A stretch of 64,000 nt of DNA from a virus (taxonomy: Duplodnaviria; Caudoviricetes), in IMG/VR virus record IMGVR_UViG_3300011008_000177, positions 2,230-66,229 of that record; one strand, written 5' to 3'. This document shows positions 42,130 through 53,124 of this stretch, piece after piece. A program made the position numbers and the translations under genes. A model generated the notes under the pieces. The model searched no databases, was not told the DNA's origin, and saw nothing but the letters and a program-made list of their open reading frames with translations. Each line of letters opens with the position of its first letter. Position 1 is the stretch's first letter.

Positions 42130-42415
42130 ATTCATTAATTTCATATAATACATTTATGCAATGTTTATATTGTTTTTGAACATTTTCTGTTGTATCATCT
42201 TCTGTTGGAACTAACATCACAACATTATCAGAATTAGTTATTTCCTCATAAGTAATCAATGATGTTCCAGGATTAGCTGCAACTGTTGAACATGCGACAT
42301 GTTTAATATCATATTTTGGTATTCCGTTGGAATCTCTGCTACCATTATACCAATCATAAAGTCTATCAAACATATCATTGATAATTCCTGTTGAAACAAA
42401 AGTTATCTTCTTCAT
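42128..42415 (-). CDS. Hypothetical protein
   Basis: 95 aa with GGAGGT RBS. Confidence 0.6.
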   Translation of the reverse strand: MKKITFVSTGIINDMFDRLYDWYNGSRDSNGIPKYDIKHVACSTVAANPGTSLITYEEITNSDNVVMLVPTEDDTTENVQKQYKHCINVLYEINE

Positions 42416-42519
42416 TATAAAATACCTCCGAAATAAAAAAGCTTAAAAGTCGAATATTATTACAACGTAGTTAATAAATTACTAAAATTGCATATTTTTT
42501 AAGAAGAGGTGTTTATATT

Positions 42520-43422
42520 ATGAAACCTGTAGGATTATCACAATATTATGATATGATCAAAAATGGTGAAGATCCAAATATTATAAATTCAGATAGTAGT
42601 TCATTTACTCCAATAATTCATCATATGCATGATCACGATGACTTTGATTGGAAGAATAAAGTAATGGATAAGTATCATGATCTTAAGAATAATTGTGCAA
42701 AACATATTCTTGTAGATATTTATTTCCATTCTTTACCATTGGATCATGATTACAAATGTAGAAACATGGGTATGATAAAACAAGATGTTGATAAAATGTT
42801 ACAAAATAAAGGAATGGATGCAACACAATATCTCACATCATGCTATGAAAAAACAAAAGCTCCATTATTGAATTATATTATTAGAAGTATTGATGAAATT
42901 GGTAAACGTTACTTAGAAGATGCTAGCCAAGCATTAGCTAAAGCAAAGAATCAAAACGGGGCAGTTCAACAGTCTCCCGAAATTAAAAATCCAGATTCTG
43001 AAGAAGTTGCATCACAATTAATCGATGTTAAAAAATATCCAGAGTATGAAATGTTTATGAAAGAATTAACTGATACAACTAAAGAAAAAATTGTCAGTGA
43101 TACCGTTGGAATAATTAAAAATAAACAAGATGAACGAGGAATGAAATTTAACAAACCAGTTGACAATACCGAAGTTAAGAATGAATCAGCCATTGTATGT
43201 GGAATGGATTATTTACAAAAGATCTTATGGGAGCATGTAGATATAATAGAAAATAACCAAGAAGAATTATTAGGGATTGTAATTAGAGAATCTGTATTAA
43301 ATCAGTTGGATGTTGTATTTAAACAGAGTGGTCAATACGTTGAAGATTTTCATAAAAAACTTTGGAAAAATCAAGGTGTGTTGATTAATGAAAGTGTAAA
43401 GGATCTATTCATTCATGAATAA
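42520..43422 (+). CDS. Hypothetical protein, likely virion/head
   Basis: GAGGTG RBS; NESA/RESV/NESV putative processing motifs. Confidence 0.5.
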   Translation: MKPVGLSQYYDMIKNGEDPNIINSDSSSFTPIIHHMHDHDDFDWKNKVMDKYHDLKNNCAKHILVDIYFHSLPLDHDYKCRNMGMIKQDVDKMLQNKGMDATQYLTSCYEKTKAPLLNYIIRSIDEIGKRYLEDASQALAKAKNQNGAVQQSPEIKNPDSEEVASQLIDVKKYPEYEMFMKELTDTTKEKIVSDTVGIIKNKQDERGMKFNKPVDNTEVKNESAIVCGMDYLQKILWEHVDIIENNQEELLGIVIRESVLNQLDVVFKQSGQYVEDFHKKLWKNQGVLINESVKDLFIHE

Positions 43423-43431
43423 CATAATATT

Positions 43432-43467
43432 ATTTAGAGAGATTCTTATATAAGAATCTCTCTAAAT
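43432..43467. repeat. Perfect 36-bp palindrome (terminator-like)
   Basis: atttagagagattcttat|ataagaatctctctaaat. Confidence 0.9.
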
Positions 43468-43499
43468 ATAATTTAACAAAATTGAGGTGATCTGATAAT

Positions 43500-45170
43500 A
43501 TGGCTGTCGCTAATGAAGAATTTGATTGTGTGAAAATGTTAGAAACGGAACTACAACAATTAGAAGGAATTCAAAGACAGAATCCAGAATCTGGTGATAA
43601 CGCTGGACAAAGTGAATATTTCTACAGTAGATATACAAATAGATTATTTGGTGCCCCATATCAATTATTACATTCAGTAGATTTTAGATTTCCAAATACC
43701 AATCCTAACATTGGAAATGAATATTTGAGAAATTTTTTATTAAACGCTCCTATATTGGAAATAAAAGCTGGTATTCCAATGTATACATATCAACAAAATT
43801 GGATTGATGAATATACTAAAAGAATGATTCCCGGAAGACAATTTACTTGGGGAGCTGTACTAAAATATTTATGGAGCTTTTTTACAGATACAGCACCACA
43901 ACTTAGAATGTTTACATTTGCAAATAGATATTTGGAATATATGGCTCATGTAAATTATATGTGTAGATCGATGGCTTATTTATTAAATTTAAGATTGGAA
44001 TCAGATGGCGATAATAAATCATCAAATACGCCCAATACAGATTCATCAGAATCAAGAGCTTATCCAAGTGGAGTTCATATGCAAAATGCTGAACAATTAG
44101 AACCATATAATGATTGTCGGTGGGAAAATTACAGAATGACTAATGGTGAGGCACCAAAAGTTCCTTCAGCTGATTCATCACTAGGAAGCAATTTATTTGA
44201 GCAAACTGTTAATCTTGGTGCTAGAGTATTTTCTAGAAGTTATCCTCGAATGGCATCATTTTTAGCAGCATTGGGATTATTTGATAAAGAAAATTTACAA
44301 GCGAGTGTTGATAAAGGTTTAGACTACGGAGTAAAATTCTTAGTAGAACCTACATCTGTTAATGAAAATTTGGAGAATAATGTAACTGAATCTGTCGTAT
44401 CACAAACCATTAATGGTTTGTATAATTCAGTTGGAACTGAAGTAGCATTTCTTATGGATAGTAATGCTCTTGGTCCAATTGGTGATGCAATTACATCTAC
44501 ACTGCAAGGAGCAGCTTCTGGATTAGCTAAAGTAACTGGAGAATTAGTATCAGCTGGTTTAGGTTCCGAGTATGTTAATAATTTAACCTCATCTATTGGA
44601 AATACTCTTAGAGGACAAAAAATGATTTATCCTCAAGTATACAAAGATAGTCGATATAGTACTAATTATTCCTTCGTGGTTCATTTAAATAGTCCATATG
44701 GAGATGTGTATAATTATTACATGAATATAATTGTACCATTGATGCATTTAATTTGTTTAGCTGCACCGAGATTGATAACAGGAAATGGAACAAAAGCACC
44801 CTATATTGTACAAGCTTGTATTCCTGGAATGTGTACAATTGACATGGGAATGATAACTAAAATGGAAATTACAAAAAATAAAAATCGATCACACGTATCC
44901 GTTGATGGTTTTCCTCTTGATATTGATGTAAATTTTACAATTGAAGAATTATATAGTTCATTACCAATATCATCTGCATTTAGCCCTGCATCATTTTTAA
45001 CAAATGAAACATTAAATAATTATTTAGCAAGTATGGCCGGACTAAGACCATCGTTTGATACAAGAGCAAAAGTTCTTGCGTTGACAGAAAAATCAATGCA
45101 GGATTATGCGAAACATTGGCCTCAATGGGCTATTGAAACTCTTGCAACTGGACAAGGTAATACTAATTAA
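43500..45170 (+). CDS. Baseplate/tail-tube cap-like structural protein
   Basis: C-terminal KMIYPQVYKDSRYSTNYSFVVHLNSPYGD...GMITKMEITK...GFPLDIDVNFTIEEL resembles the T4 gp48/gp54 tube-fold pattern. Confidence 0.5.
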   Translation: MAVANEEFDCVKMLETELQQLEGIQRQNPESGDNAGQSEYFYSRYTNRLFGAPYQLLHSVDFRFPNTNPNIGNEYLRNFLLNAPILEIKAGIPMYTYQQNWIDEYTKRMIPGRQFTWGAVLKYLWSFFTDTAPQLRMFTFANRYLEYMAHVNYMCRSMAYLLNLRLESDGDNKSSNTPNTDSSESRAYPSGVHMQNAEQLEPYNDCRWENYRMTNGEAPKVPSADSSLGSNLFEQTVNLGARVFSRSYPRMASFLAALGLFDKENLQASVDKGLDYGVKFLVEPTSVNENLENNVTESVVSQTINGLYNSVGTEVAFLMDSNALGPIGDAITSTLQGAASGLAKVTGELVSAGLGSEYVNNLTSSIGNTLRGQKMIYPQVYKDSRYSTNYSFVVHLNSPYGDVYNYYMNIIVPLMHLICLAAPRLITGNGTKAPYIVQACIPGMCTIDMGMITKMEITKNKNRSHVSVDGFPLDIDVNFTIEELYSSLPISSAFSPASFLTNETLNNYLASMAGLRPSFDTRAKVLALTEKSMQDYAKHWPQWAIETLATGQGNTN

Positions 45171-45180
45171 AAAAATATAA

Positions 45181-45221
45181 TAATTTCAATAGATAGGAAT
45201 TTAACCTATCTATTGAAATTA
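45181..45221. terminator. Long hairpin between convergent genes
   Basis: taatttcaatagatagg-aatttaa-cctatctattgaaatta, 17-bp stem. Confidence 0.72.
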
Positions 45222-45225
45222 TTTA

Positions 45226-46164
45226 TTATTTTACAAAATTTTTATATATTTCATTTGATTGTAATTTCTCATATAAATCTTTAACTAAACCTTGCATTTG
45301 TGGATGAGCTCCTGCACTCATTCGTAAATTAAAGAAATGTTTCCAACTCCATAAAGGAGCTGTCATAACAACTTCTGTTTTTAAAGAATTTGGTAACACA
45401 GCTCTAGCAATTTGAGGTTGTTCACCTAAATCCAAAAGTTTTAAATAATGATATTCAGCATTTTCACATGAAACTTTCCAACAGTTATAATTATAAGAAT
45501 CTTCATTATCAAATGGAGAAATTACAGTAATTTCGTTACCAAATTTATCTAAACTATAATTAGCATATCTAGTACTTTCAACACTAAATGATGCAATTCT
45601 ATGTCTAGTTAATTCAGCCATAATTCCACGATCGCAAATAAATTTTACTGTCAAGTATCTATGTTTTTGTTGTTCTTCTTTTGTTAATGAATTTTCAATT
45701 TCATTTTGTGTCAAAAATACTTTATTAGATTCATTATAACAATTAAAGATTTTTTTATCTACCAATCTTGTCAAATAATCATTTGAATTATAGTATCCTA
45801 AATTTATTTTTGAGGCAATAGAGAATGACATTAAATATCTTTCCTGATATAATGATTCAGGATAATACTTTATGCTTCTAGTAATATTTACAAATCTATT
45901 ATATGGATTAATGGTATCCCAATGATTTTTAATATCATAATATTCTTGTTTGGATAATTCTGTCACATATGTAAAATGTTCTAATACACTAGTATGTCTA
46001 CGCATTATTAATTGATCAATAAACTTTATACATGAATCTTCTGTTATCCTGTCTTCTGATTTGTAACAAGTCCTACCGATCTTTTCTAAAAACTTATAGA
46101 CAGCAATTTTATCATTAGCATCCGGATATTCTAAAATTTCTACACTTGGTTTAACTATCTTCAT
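45226..46164 (-). CDS. thyX: FAD-dependent thymidylate synthase
   Basis: RRHTSVLEH, ELTRHRIASFSVESTRY (RHRx7S motif), ARAVLPNS, FFNLR, AHPQM. Confidence 0.93.
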   Translation of the reverse strand: MKIVKPSVEILEYPDANDKIAVYKFLEKIGRTCYKSEDRITEDSCIKFIDQLIMRRHTSVLEHFTYVTELSKQEYYDIKNHWDTINPYNRFVNITRSIKYYPESLYQERYLMSFSIASKINLGYYNSNDYLTRLVDKKIFNCYNESNKVFLTQNEIENSLTKEEQQKHRYLTVKFICDRGIMAELTRHRIASFSVESTRYANYSLDKFGNEITVISPFDNEDSYNYNCWKVSCENAEYHYLKLLDLGEQPQIARAVLPNSLKTEVVMTAPLWSWKHFFNLRMSAGAHPQMQGLVKDLYEKLQSNEIYKNFVK

Positions 46165-46849
46165 GATTTAATACCTCCTCTGTATTTACATCAATAACTG
46201 ATGTGACATGATGCCAAATATCGTTTAATACATTCTTTTTACTATCTTCACCATTGATTGTTACAATACTACATAATTGATTTTTTAATAATATACTAAT
46301 AGATTTGTTATAAGACTTATCAATTTTTTGTAATTTGGAAATATTATCTTCATATATGCTGATAGTTCCTCTTCGTTTACTAATCCTATCAATTGCTACT
46401 TTTGGATCAATTTTTATATGTAATATTAAATCAGGTTTCAATCCTTGATTATCTAAAAATCTATTATATATTTCGATTACTTTTTGTGAAAATAATTTTT
46501 CATCCAAATCAATTCTATTATATAAAGAATATGCAATTGTTGATAATATGTATCTATCACAAATTACATTAATTCCATTTTTAAGATTTTTAGAAATACC
46601 ATTATTTTCATTTAGAATATGATCCATTCTATCAATTTCACATAATTTATTAATAATTCCTCCGTTTTCTTTTCGTTTACCTGATAAATATTCACGTCTA
46701 ATTAATCTACCAATTGGACCATTGGATGGTTCTCTAGTAAACATTATAGGAATATTATACTTTGAAAATTTCTTTTGAAGTAATTTAATTTGTGTTGATT
46801 TACCACATGAATCAATTCCTTCAAATATAATAAATTTACCTTTATTCAT
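46151..46849 (-). CDS. tmk: Thymidylate kinase
   Basis: FIIFEGIDSCGKST P-loop, TREPS, ICDRYILS, PDL. Confidence 0.93.
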   Translation of the reverse strand: MNKGKFIIFEGIDSCGKSTQIKLLQKKFSKYNIPIMFTREPSNGPIGRLIRREYLSGKRKENGGIINKLCEIDRMDHILNENNGISKNLKNGINVICDRYILSTIAYSLYNRIDLDEKLFSQKVIEIYNRFLDNQGLKPDLILHIKIDPKVAIDRISKRRGTISIYEDNISKLQKIDKSYNKSISILLKNQLCSIVTINGEDSKKNVLNDIWHHVTSVIDVNTEEVLNHEDS

Positions 46850-46942
46850 TGTATTATCATCCTAACCGATGTAAAGTTTTTAGTAGTAAAGTTATACTTT
46901 TTATATAAATTTTATTTTATTTAATTGAGGTGAAATATTAAT

Positions 46943-49222
46943 ATGGCAAAAAGTATATTACCAAGTGGAGAAGTTATATCAACAAGTCCTGAAGAGATCC
47001 TCAGGTATGCCAACACAGATACGATTAGGCAATTGATGAGACAGCATAGAATATTATGGAATATGAAAACATCGAAGAATATTGAATATACAGATAATCT
47101 TACATTGTATAAATATGCTGGATCGGTTCATAATGAAGAAGGATATCAAAAAATGGAAATTAAAACATTTCCTGATAATAATGCTCCAGAAGGATATGCT
47201 GGAGTATTGATTGATAGCGGAATGCTTGGATGGGCATATGACGTTGATAAATGGGATCAAGCTCTTTCCGAGGAATCTAAATCAGCTAAAGTTGGAAGAA
47301 CTATCATTGGAACAAAGGCAAAAATATCTGAAAAAGAAGGTTATGGGTTAGATGATAATAAAAAAATAACATCTAAAACTCACAACAGAAATGCTATGAT
47401 TTTACTAGATTCATATGATGGAAGAGCATATTTGTTATCCAACGATGATCCTCATTATGTTAATAATGAATCACGACAACTAGATGAAAGATTACCAAAT
47501 AGAAGTATTGCTAGAATTGGCGATATTCCAACAAGAATTACTCAATTACAAAATGATTTAAATTTTGTTTCTGATCCAGATTATCAGCATACCGATAATA
47601 ATTTCACAACTTCAAATCGTTATGTTTTAGATAACTTAGACGATAGAACTTTTGTTTACCCAGAAATTAGTCGTGATTTCAATGGTGGAGATTTAATTGC
47701 AAACAGACGAGTTAGTTTAAAAGGTGAACCTTACTATGGAGAATGTGATGAACCAGAAAAACAAAATACTCAGCCCGATTTAGGAGTGGAACCATTATTA
47801 GGAAGATATGGAGATAGACATGGAGATTTAAATAGTAATTATAACATAAATAAAAATTTTAGTGGAGTAACTCATACTGATGGATATTTACCAGGAGTAT
47901 TTAGATCATATGAAGAATTATGTAGGGTTGACTTAGTTGATCAAACCTATACAATTAGAACTCAGACAGCTACTCCTGGTGCAAGAAGATCAAGTAACTA
48001 TTATATTCATGATGGAATTTGGGAAGATAATTGGTTTGATGAAATTGATATCAATGATTCATATAAACATGAAGCATTGAATCCTACTAATATGGAAAAT
48101 AGATTAGATGGAATGCAACCATGTCCATATAATGAATTAGAACAAACTAATCCTTTATACAAAACCACAAAATTACATCAATGGAGGTATAATAGAATTA
48201 CCACTAGATATTATAGTAAAGATATTAGTATAAATATTATTAAATCAGGAACTAATTATAGAGTTGGAGATATTCTACATTGGAGTTTTTCAAATAATGT
48301 TTTCATTTATGAAGTAACATCTGTTGGAGATAAAGGACAAATTCAGTCTGGTATGTATAGAGTTGAAAATGATAAAGTTTTTAAACAAAATCCTAGTACA
48401 TATGGAATTGGTATTGAATTTTCCAATATGAGCGGAATTGGTTCGGGAGCATTATTAGAAATAAAATCAAAAGCTACTATTGAAACATTTGCTGGTCAAA
48501 TTAAAAATAATTTGTATGCATATGTTGATATATGTCCAACAGTGAGATCTGAAAATCATACAGAATGGTCTGATAATAAAGAAGTTGATGATCAAGAAGG
48601 TTTAATAGTAAAACAATCTACAGCTGCTGGTCCTGCATATAGTGGAATAAATAGTGGAATTGGTGGCCCAGATGATGATAAATTCTATGAGCATGGTGGA
48701 AATGCAACTGCTGGAGTACATGTACATTTATTCAGATATGTAATTGATACATTAAATCCAACTTGGGTTGAGAGAGATGGGATTAAAATTTATCTTGGTA
48801 AATGGTGTGATATGGGTCCACTTGGATTAGAAAGACCTTGTGATATAAAAGCACTATTATTCTCTAATGCTGATTGTAATAATTTTAATAATTATTATAA
48901 ATTCTCTATGGATAATTTATTAAGACGAATGAACAATAGTGGAGATGGTGTTGAAACTTTTGATGATAATGCAACAGAAATTCCAAGAATTCATATTGAT
49001 CAAAAGGATCCTGAATCAGATCAAAAATTTTATGAAAAACAATTTAATCCACACACAGGCAAATTGGAAAATATTGATATAACTGATAAAGTTTTATATA
49101 TTAATATTGTATCTCCAATGATATTCAAATATAATCCTGGATATAAGATTGATGAACATTACGGTACAAGAACAACTGGATGGATACCACTAACAAAACC
49201 AGATAGACCTAGATTGGATTAA
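46943..49222 (+). CDS. Hypothetical structural protein (possible baseplate/tail component)
   Basis: 759 aa with GAGGTGA RBS; IKSGTNYRVGDIL..EVTSVG..G motif recurrent in tail proteins. Confidence 0.4.
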   Translation: MAKSILPSGEVISTSPEEILRYANTDTIRQLMRQHRILWNMKTSKNIEYTDNLTLYKYAGSVHNEEGYQKMEIKTFPDNNAPEGYAGVLIDSGMLGWAYDVDKWDQALSEESKSAKVGRTIIGTKAKISEKEGYGLDDNKKITSKTHNRNAMILLDSYDGRAYLLSNDDPHYVNNESRQLDERLPNRSIARIGDIPTRITQLQNDLNFVSDPDYQHTDNNFTTSNRYVLDNLDDRTFVYPEISRDFNGGDLIANRRVSLKGEPYYGECDEPEKQNTQPDLGVEPLLGRYGDRHGDLNSNYNINKNFSGVTHTDGYLPGVFRSYEELCRVDLVDQTYTIRTQTATPGARRSSNYYIHDGIWEDNWFDEIDINDSYKHEALNPTNMENRLDGMQPCPYNELEQTNPLYKTTKLHQWRYNRITTRYYSKDISINIIKSGTNYRVGDILHWSFSNNVFIYEVTSVGDKGQIQSGMYRVENDKVFKQNPSTYGIGIEFSNMSGIGSGALLEIKSKATIETFAGQIKNNLYAYVDICPTVRSENHTEWSDNKEVDDQEGLIVKQSTAAGPAYSGINSGIGGPDDDKFYEHGGNATAGVHVHLFRYVIDTLNPTWVERDGIKIYLGKWCDMGPLGLERPCDIKALLFSNADCNNFNNYYKFSMDNLLRRMNNSGDGVETFDDNATEIPRIHIDQKDPESDQKFYEKQFNPHTGKLENIDITDKVLYINIVSPMIFKYNPGYKIDEHYGTRTTGWIPLTKPDRPRLD

Positions 49223-49230
49223 TAAATAAT

Positions 49231-49266
49231 AAATTAGAAGACCCTAATTAAAGGGTCTTCTAATTT
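49231..49266. terminator. Long hairpin between convergent genes
   Basis: aaattagaagaccct-aattaa-agggtcttctaattt, 15-bp stem. Confidence 0.72.
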
Positions 49267-51216
49267 TTAATCTTGATAATCACTCATATCTACAGTTTCT
49301 GTATTTTTCATATCACTATTACAAATTATACACTGATTTCCTGAAATTAATATTTTAATTAATTCACTTGCAACTGTTAGTACCATAATATCAGTTTCAG
49401 CACTTGTAATAATATTTGAATCCCATGATAAAGTTTCTAAATTAAATGAGATATTTTTATCACGACTAATTTCAAATATATCTCGATATGAAACTTTTCT
49501 AAGTTTATTAATATCTTTCAATATATTATCATTTTCATCTGATAAAAATTTATCCATTATTTGCATTAATGTATTTCCTTCAGGTCCAATTAGAACTTTT
49601 TCAAACACTTTGGAAACAGCATAACCAATAATTTCAAAAATCTTTAATCTTAATTCATCATGTTTAATTAATATTTTATCTTTAGGAATATTCGTGTACT
49701 CAGCTTTTTGTTCATCAGTTAATACATCAAAATTTTTTGGAATTTTAATTTTATCTTTATACCGTTTTTCTTTAATATCATCAACTATTCTTGCAATTGT
49801 TAATTGTGATCCTGGAACAATTCCATATTTAAATGATGATTCTAAGCACTTGATCACATCCTCAACTGAATCTTCCAAAACTTGACGTTGAAGTTCAGAA
49901 TTTGCTCCTACATAATAAATATAATTATTCATGTTTAATTGGTTAATTCTATTCTGAGCATCGTAAACTTTTTCTGAATAATTCTGTCTTTCATATTCAG
50001 TAGTTTTAATAATATTTTCTAAATTTAGTTTAGCAATATTTTTAGTATCTTCTAATCTTTCACTATTAAGAATACTAGGTTTAAAAATAGAACCATTCAT
50101 ACATGATAAATTAGCTGATTTACATTGTCCAATAATACCATATAAATCATATGTTTCATCTTGTAAAGATGAATCAAATATTGATTCAATACCAACTTTA
50201 TCTTCCATAATTCTATCATTTAATATAGTAAATAAATCATTATTAATAATTTTACAATCGAGAATTACTGATAAATCATTTAGTTGATAGTCTTTTAGTT
50301 TGGAATTATTATACTGGAGAAGATATAAATTAATGTAATTTAAGTACTTCTTTTCTTTAATGATATATTGTTTAAGTATAGTTTCACAAAGTTGGTTTTC
50401 ATATTTTGATGCTAATATAATTAATCGTTTATTGGATGAAATACAGATATCATTAAATGGAACAATAATATTTTCAAATATGTCAACATCAATAGTTCTA
50501 TCAAATATTAATACATAAGCAGATGGTACTTCTACTGAAAGATCATCAGAATTTGTATATGATGTATCAATTAAATTTGCATTAATATCATAACCATCAA
50601 TCTTTTTAGAAAATGATTTATTTGAAGGAGAACGTTTCTTTTTAATTGAAGGCAAATTGCTGTCTGAATAGATTGATGAAATTTCTTTACTTATTTCTTC
50701 ATTTCCATTACTAGTTACATATGCAATATTATAAATCTTTTCACTATCTTTTGATGTTAAAGGTTTAGCACGCAATTTAATTTCTTCAATAAGTTCTTGT
50801 ATACATTCATCCCATGCTCTTGTGAAATCTCTTGGTAAATAATATAATTCACTGATAGAATTTTTCTGTTCTTTATAACGATTAAATAGTTCTGTAGTAA
50901 ATGCAATTGCAGTTGTTGTACCATCTCCAACAGAATTATTCATTACAGTACAGGGTCTTAAAATAAGATTATAAATTAATCGTTTATACTGATTAGTGAA
51001 CCAATAATTCTTTAATATTGAATATCCATCTTTGGTTGCTTCTGTAATATTTCCATCTAAAATTGTTGCGGAAGAACCAAGTGGACCTAATGATTTACAT
51101 AAGTTATACGATATCACATTGAATACCTCTTGTACCAAATTTTCAAATTCTTCTTTTGGTACAATGTTACAATGATTAGCTTGTGAATATGAAAGTAGAC
51201 CCATGATAAAATTCAC
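49267..51216 (-). CDS. groEL: Phage-encoded GroEL-like chaperonin
   Basis: SLGPLG, ATKDGYSILK, VGDGTTTA (nucleotide-binding motif), DSVEDVIK, GIVPGS; no GGM tail. Confidence 0.88.
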   Translation of the reverse strand: MNFIMGLLSYSQANHCNIVPKEEFENLVQEVFNVISYNLCKSLGPLGSSATILDGNITEATKDGYSILKNYWFTNQYKRLIYNLILRPCTVMNNSVGDGTTTAIAFTTELFNRYKEQKNSISELYYLPRDFTRAWDECIQELIEEIKLRAKPLTSKDSEKIYNIAYVTSNGNEEISKEISSIYSDSNLPSIKKKRSPSNKSFSKKIDGYDINANLIDTSYTNSDDLSVEVPSAYVLIFDRTIDVDIFENIIVPFNDICISSNKRLIILASKYENQLCETILKQYIIKEKKYLNYINLYLLQYNNSKLKDYQLNDLSVILDCKIINNDLFTILNDRIMEDKVGIESIFDSSLQDETYDLYGIIGQCKSANLSCMNGSIFKPSILNSERLEDTKNIAKLNLENIIKTTEYERQNYSEKVYDAQNRINQLNMNNYIYYVGANSELQRQVLEDSVEDVIKCLESSFKYGIVPGSQLTIARIVDDIKEKRYKDKIKIPKNFDVLTDEQKAEYTNIPKDKILIKHDELRLKIFEIIGYAVSKVFEKVLIGPEGNTLMQIMDKFLSDENDNILKDINKLRKVSYRDIFEISRDKNISFNLETLSWDSNIITSAETDIMVLTVASELIKILISGNQCIICNSDMKNTETVDMSDYQD

Positions 51217-51306
51217 ATACCTTTCCGTTTAAATTATATGAGAAATTATTACAATTAGTAAAGAAAACATTTATTTATTATTATATATAAAGGATGTGTA
51301 GATACT

Positions 51307-51612
51307 ATGACTAATACTATTAAATTTACTCCAGGTCCTTGGAAAATACATCCAATATCAACAGATATGGGAGAATTTATTATTGGGAAATCATTACATG
51401 ATGATAGACCATGTGAAGTTGTTTGTACAGGAATTTTAAATCCATATGATTCACAATTAATAGCAGTAGCTCCAAATATGCATGCTATGTTAAAATATAT
51501 ATCAGGATTGATAGAAACTGATCCTGAAGAAATAGTTACATTAAAAGAACCTATAGCTTCAATTTTAAGATATATTGATAGAGAAAGGAATGTTGATGTG
51601 AATGACCAATGA
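51307..51612 (+). CDS. Hypothetical phage protein
   Basis: FTPGPW..LIAVAPNM motif common in small phage proteins; AAGGA RBS. Confidence 0.6.
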   Translation: MTNTIKFTPGPWKIHPISTDMGEFIIGKSLHDDRPCEVVCTGILNPYDSQLIAVAPNMHAMLKYISGLIETDPEEIVTLKEPIASILRYIDRERNVDVNDQ

Positions 51613-52186
51613 TGAGAAAACATATGATTTATTGTTTGGAAATATACCAAATAATGATGAAGAAAGACTAGAATACATATTAGGTAAAAAAGTTGGTAAT
51701 ACAAAATTTAAACAAGAATTAGATAAAATAATTAATAAATTTAGAAGAATAAAAAAGCATAAGATAGAATTTACTTGGTATAAAGTATTAAAACCGAGTG
51801 CAAGACCAAGAGCTAATATGAGATCAGGCTATGTTCATATGTATGTACCAAGAGCAGCTGAAAATGGTAAACAATTTGAAGAATTTTATAAAGATAGTAA
51901 TTTACCAAAAATTGATACTCCGTGTGAATTGAATTTAAAAATATATCAAAAGACTCCATCTTCATTTAGTGTAAAAAATAAAGTATTAGCAGAACTTGGA
52001 TTTTTAAGACCCTGGGGTAGAACAGGTGATTTTGATAATTATGCAAAAAGTGTTTCAGACTCAATGCAACATGGTATGCTAACAGATGATTGTCTCATAA
52101 TATCATCAAAGATAGAAAAATTTTATTCTATAAAACCTCGTGTTTATGTTGAAATAATTTATTATGACAAATTTCCAGAATATTGA
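51602..52186 (+). CDS. rusA: RusA-like Holliday junction resolvase
   Basis: KPSARPR, GRTGDFDNYAKSVSD, LTDDCLI, KPRVYVEI. Confidence 0.78.
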   Translation: MTNDEKTYDLLFGNIPNNDEERLEYILGKKVGNTKFKQELDKIINKFRRIKKHKIEFTWYKVLKPSARPRANMRSGYVHMYVPRAAENGKQFEEFYKDSNLPKIDTPCELNLKIYQKTPSSFSVKNKVLAELGFLRPWGRTGDFDNYAKSVSDSMQHGMLTDDCLIISSKIEKFYSIKPRVYVEIIYYDKFPEY

Positions 52187-52863
52187 TAGGAGATGAAAGT
52201 TTAAAAATGTTTGGTAGTTCTACAGAGCAATTATTAAATGGAATTAATGATGTGAAGGATCAAGCACTTGATGCAATGGTAGCTTTAGCATCAGGAACAG
52301 GATATCAATTAACTCACAAATCTGGACATGCTGGATGTGGGAGTGGAACTTGCATATCATCAGAAATTCCAGTTCCTTATGGTTCAGCATCTTCAGAAAC
52401 AGAAGGAGCATTGAATGGAATTAGTGATAATATTTCTAAAATGAAATCATTTGGAGATAATTTATACGTAGATCCAAAGCAATACAATAATAGTTATGGC
52501 TCACCATTTTCAGAAATTGAACAAATGAAGAAAGCTGTACAAGCAGCTGTATCATATAATTCATCACATGCACCATTTAATTTCGTTGGCGAGAAAGCTG
52601 CTATGTTATCATTGTTGGCAATGGTTATTGGAATGGCTAGTGATTGCAAGCAATCGTTAACAACATTTCAAGATTCAGCACAACGAGCATTTGATGAGGA
52701 AAGTGACCAACCATCGATACAATGGGTTAAGGATAGTACAGGAAAGAAGACTGCAGGGATGAATAAACCAGTTTCTAAAAAAGCTGAAGCTTTAGAAAAT
52801 TTAGGAATTGATAGTATTGATTTAAAATCATTAGGCGGATTAGGATTTAATTTAGGAGTGTGA
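52183..52863 (+). CDS. Hypothetical protein
   Basis: 226-aa ORF coupled to rusA; an alternative ATG at 52207 follows AGGAG. Confidence 0.55.
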   Translation: MIGDESLKMFGSSTEQLLNGINDVKDQALDAMVALASGTGYQLTHKSGHAGCGSGTCISSEIPVPYGSASSETEGALNGISDNISKMKSFGDNLYVDPKQYNNSYGSPFSEIEQMKKAVQAAVSYNSSHAPFNFVGEKAAMLSLLAMVIGMASDCKQSLTTFQDSAQRAFDEESDQPSIQWVKDSTGKKTAGMNKPVSKKAEALENLGIDSIDLKSLGGLGFNLGV

Positions 52864-53081
52864 AAATACGAATGGCATGTTTCAATATAGGAGACAAAGT
52901 AATAGGTGTAATTGGATCTCATAAAGATGATATTGGTGAAATAGTTGGATATGGAGGATATAAATTCCAGGAACAAAATTACATGGTACAATTTCACAAT
53001 AGAAATGAACCTTATGAATGTACTGGATCAAGTTTAGATCCTCTTGATTATGTTAAATCAAAGATGAATAAAAATAATTAA
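52860..53081 (+). CDS. Small hypothetical protein (SH3/KOW-like)
   Basis: FNIGDKVIGV..GEIVG..YMVQF pattern. Confidence 0.5.
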   Translation: MKIRMACFNIGDKVIGVIGSHKDDIGEIVGYGGYKFQEQNYMVQFHNRNEPYECTGSSLDPLDYVKSKMNKNN

Positions 53082-53083
53082 AT

Positions 53084-53124
53084 ATTATATTGGATGGAAT
53101 CATTATGATTCCATCCAATATAAT
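53084..53124. terminator. Long hairpin between convergent genes
   Basis: attatattggatggaatcat-t-atgattccatccaatataat, 20-bp stem. Confidence 0.72.
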
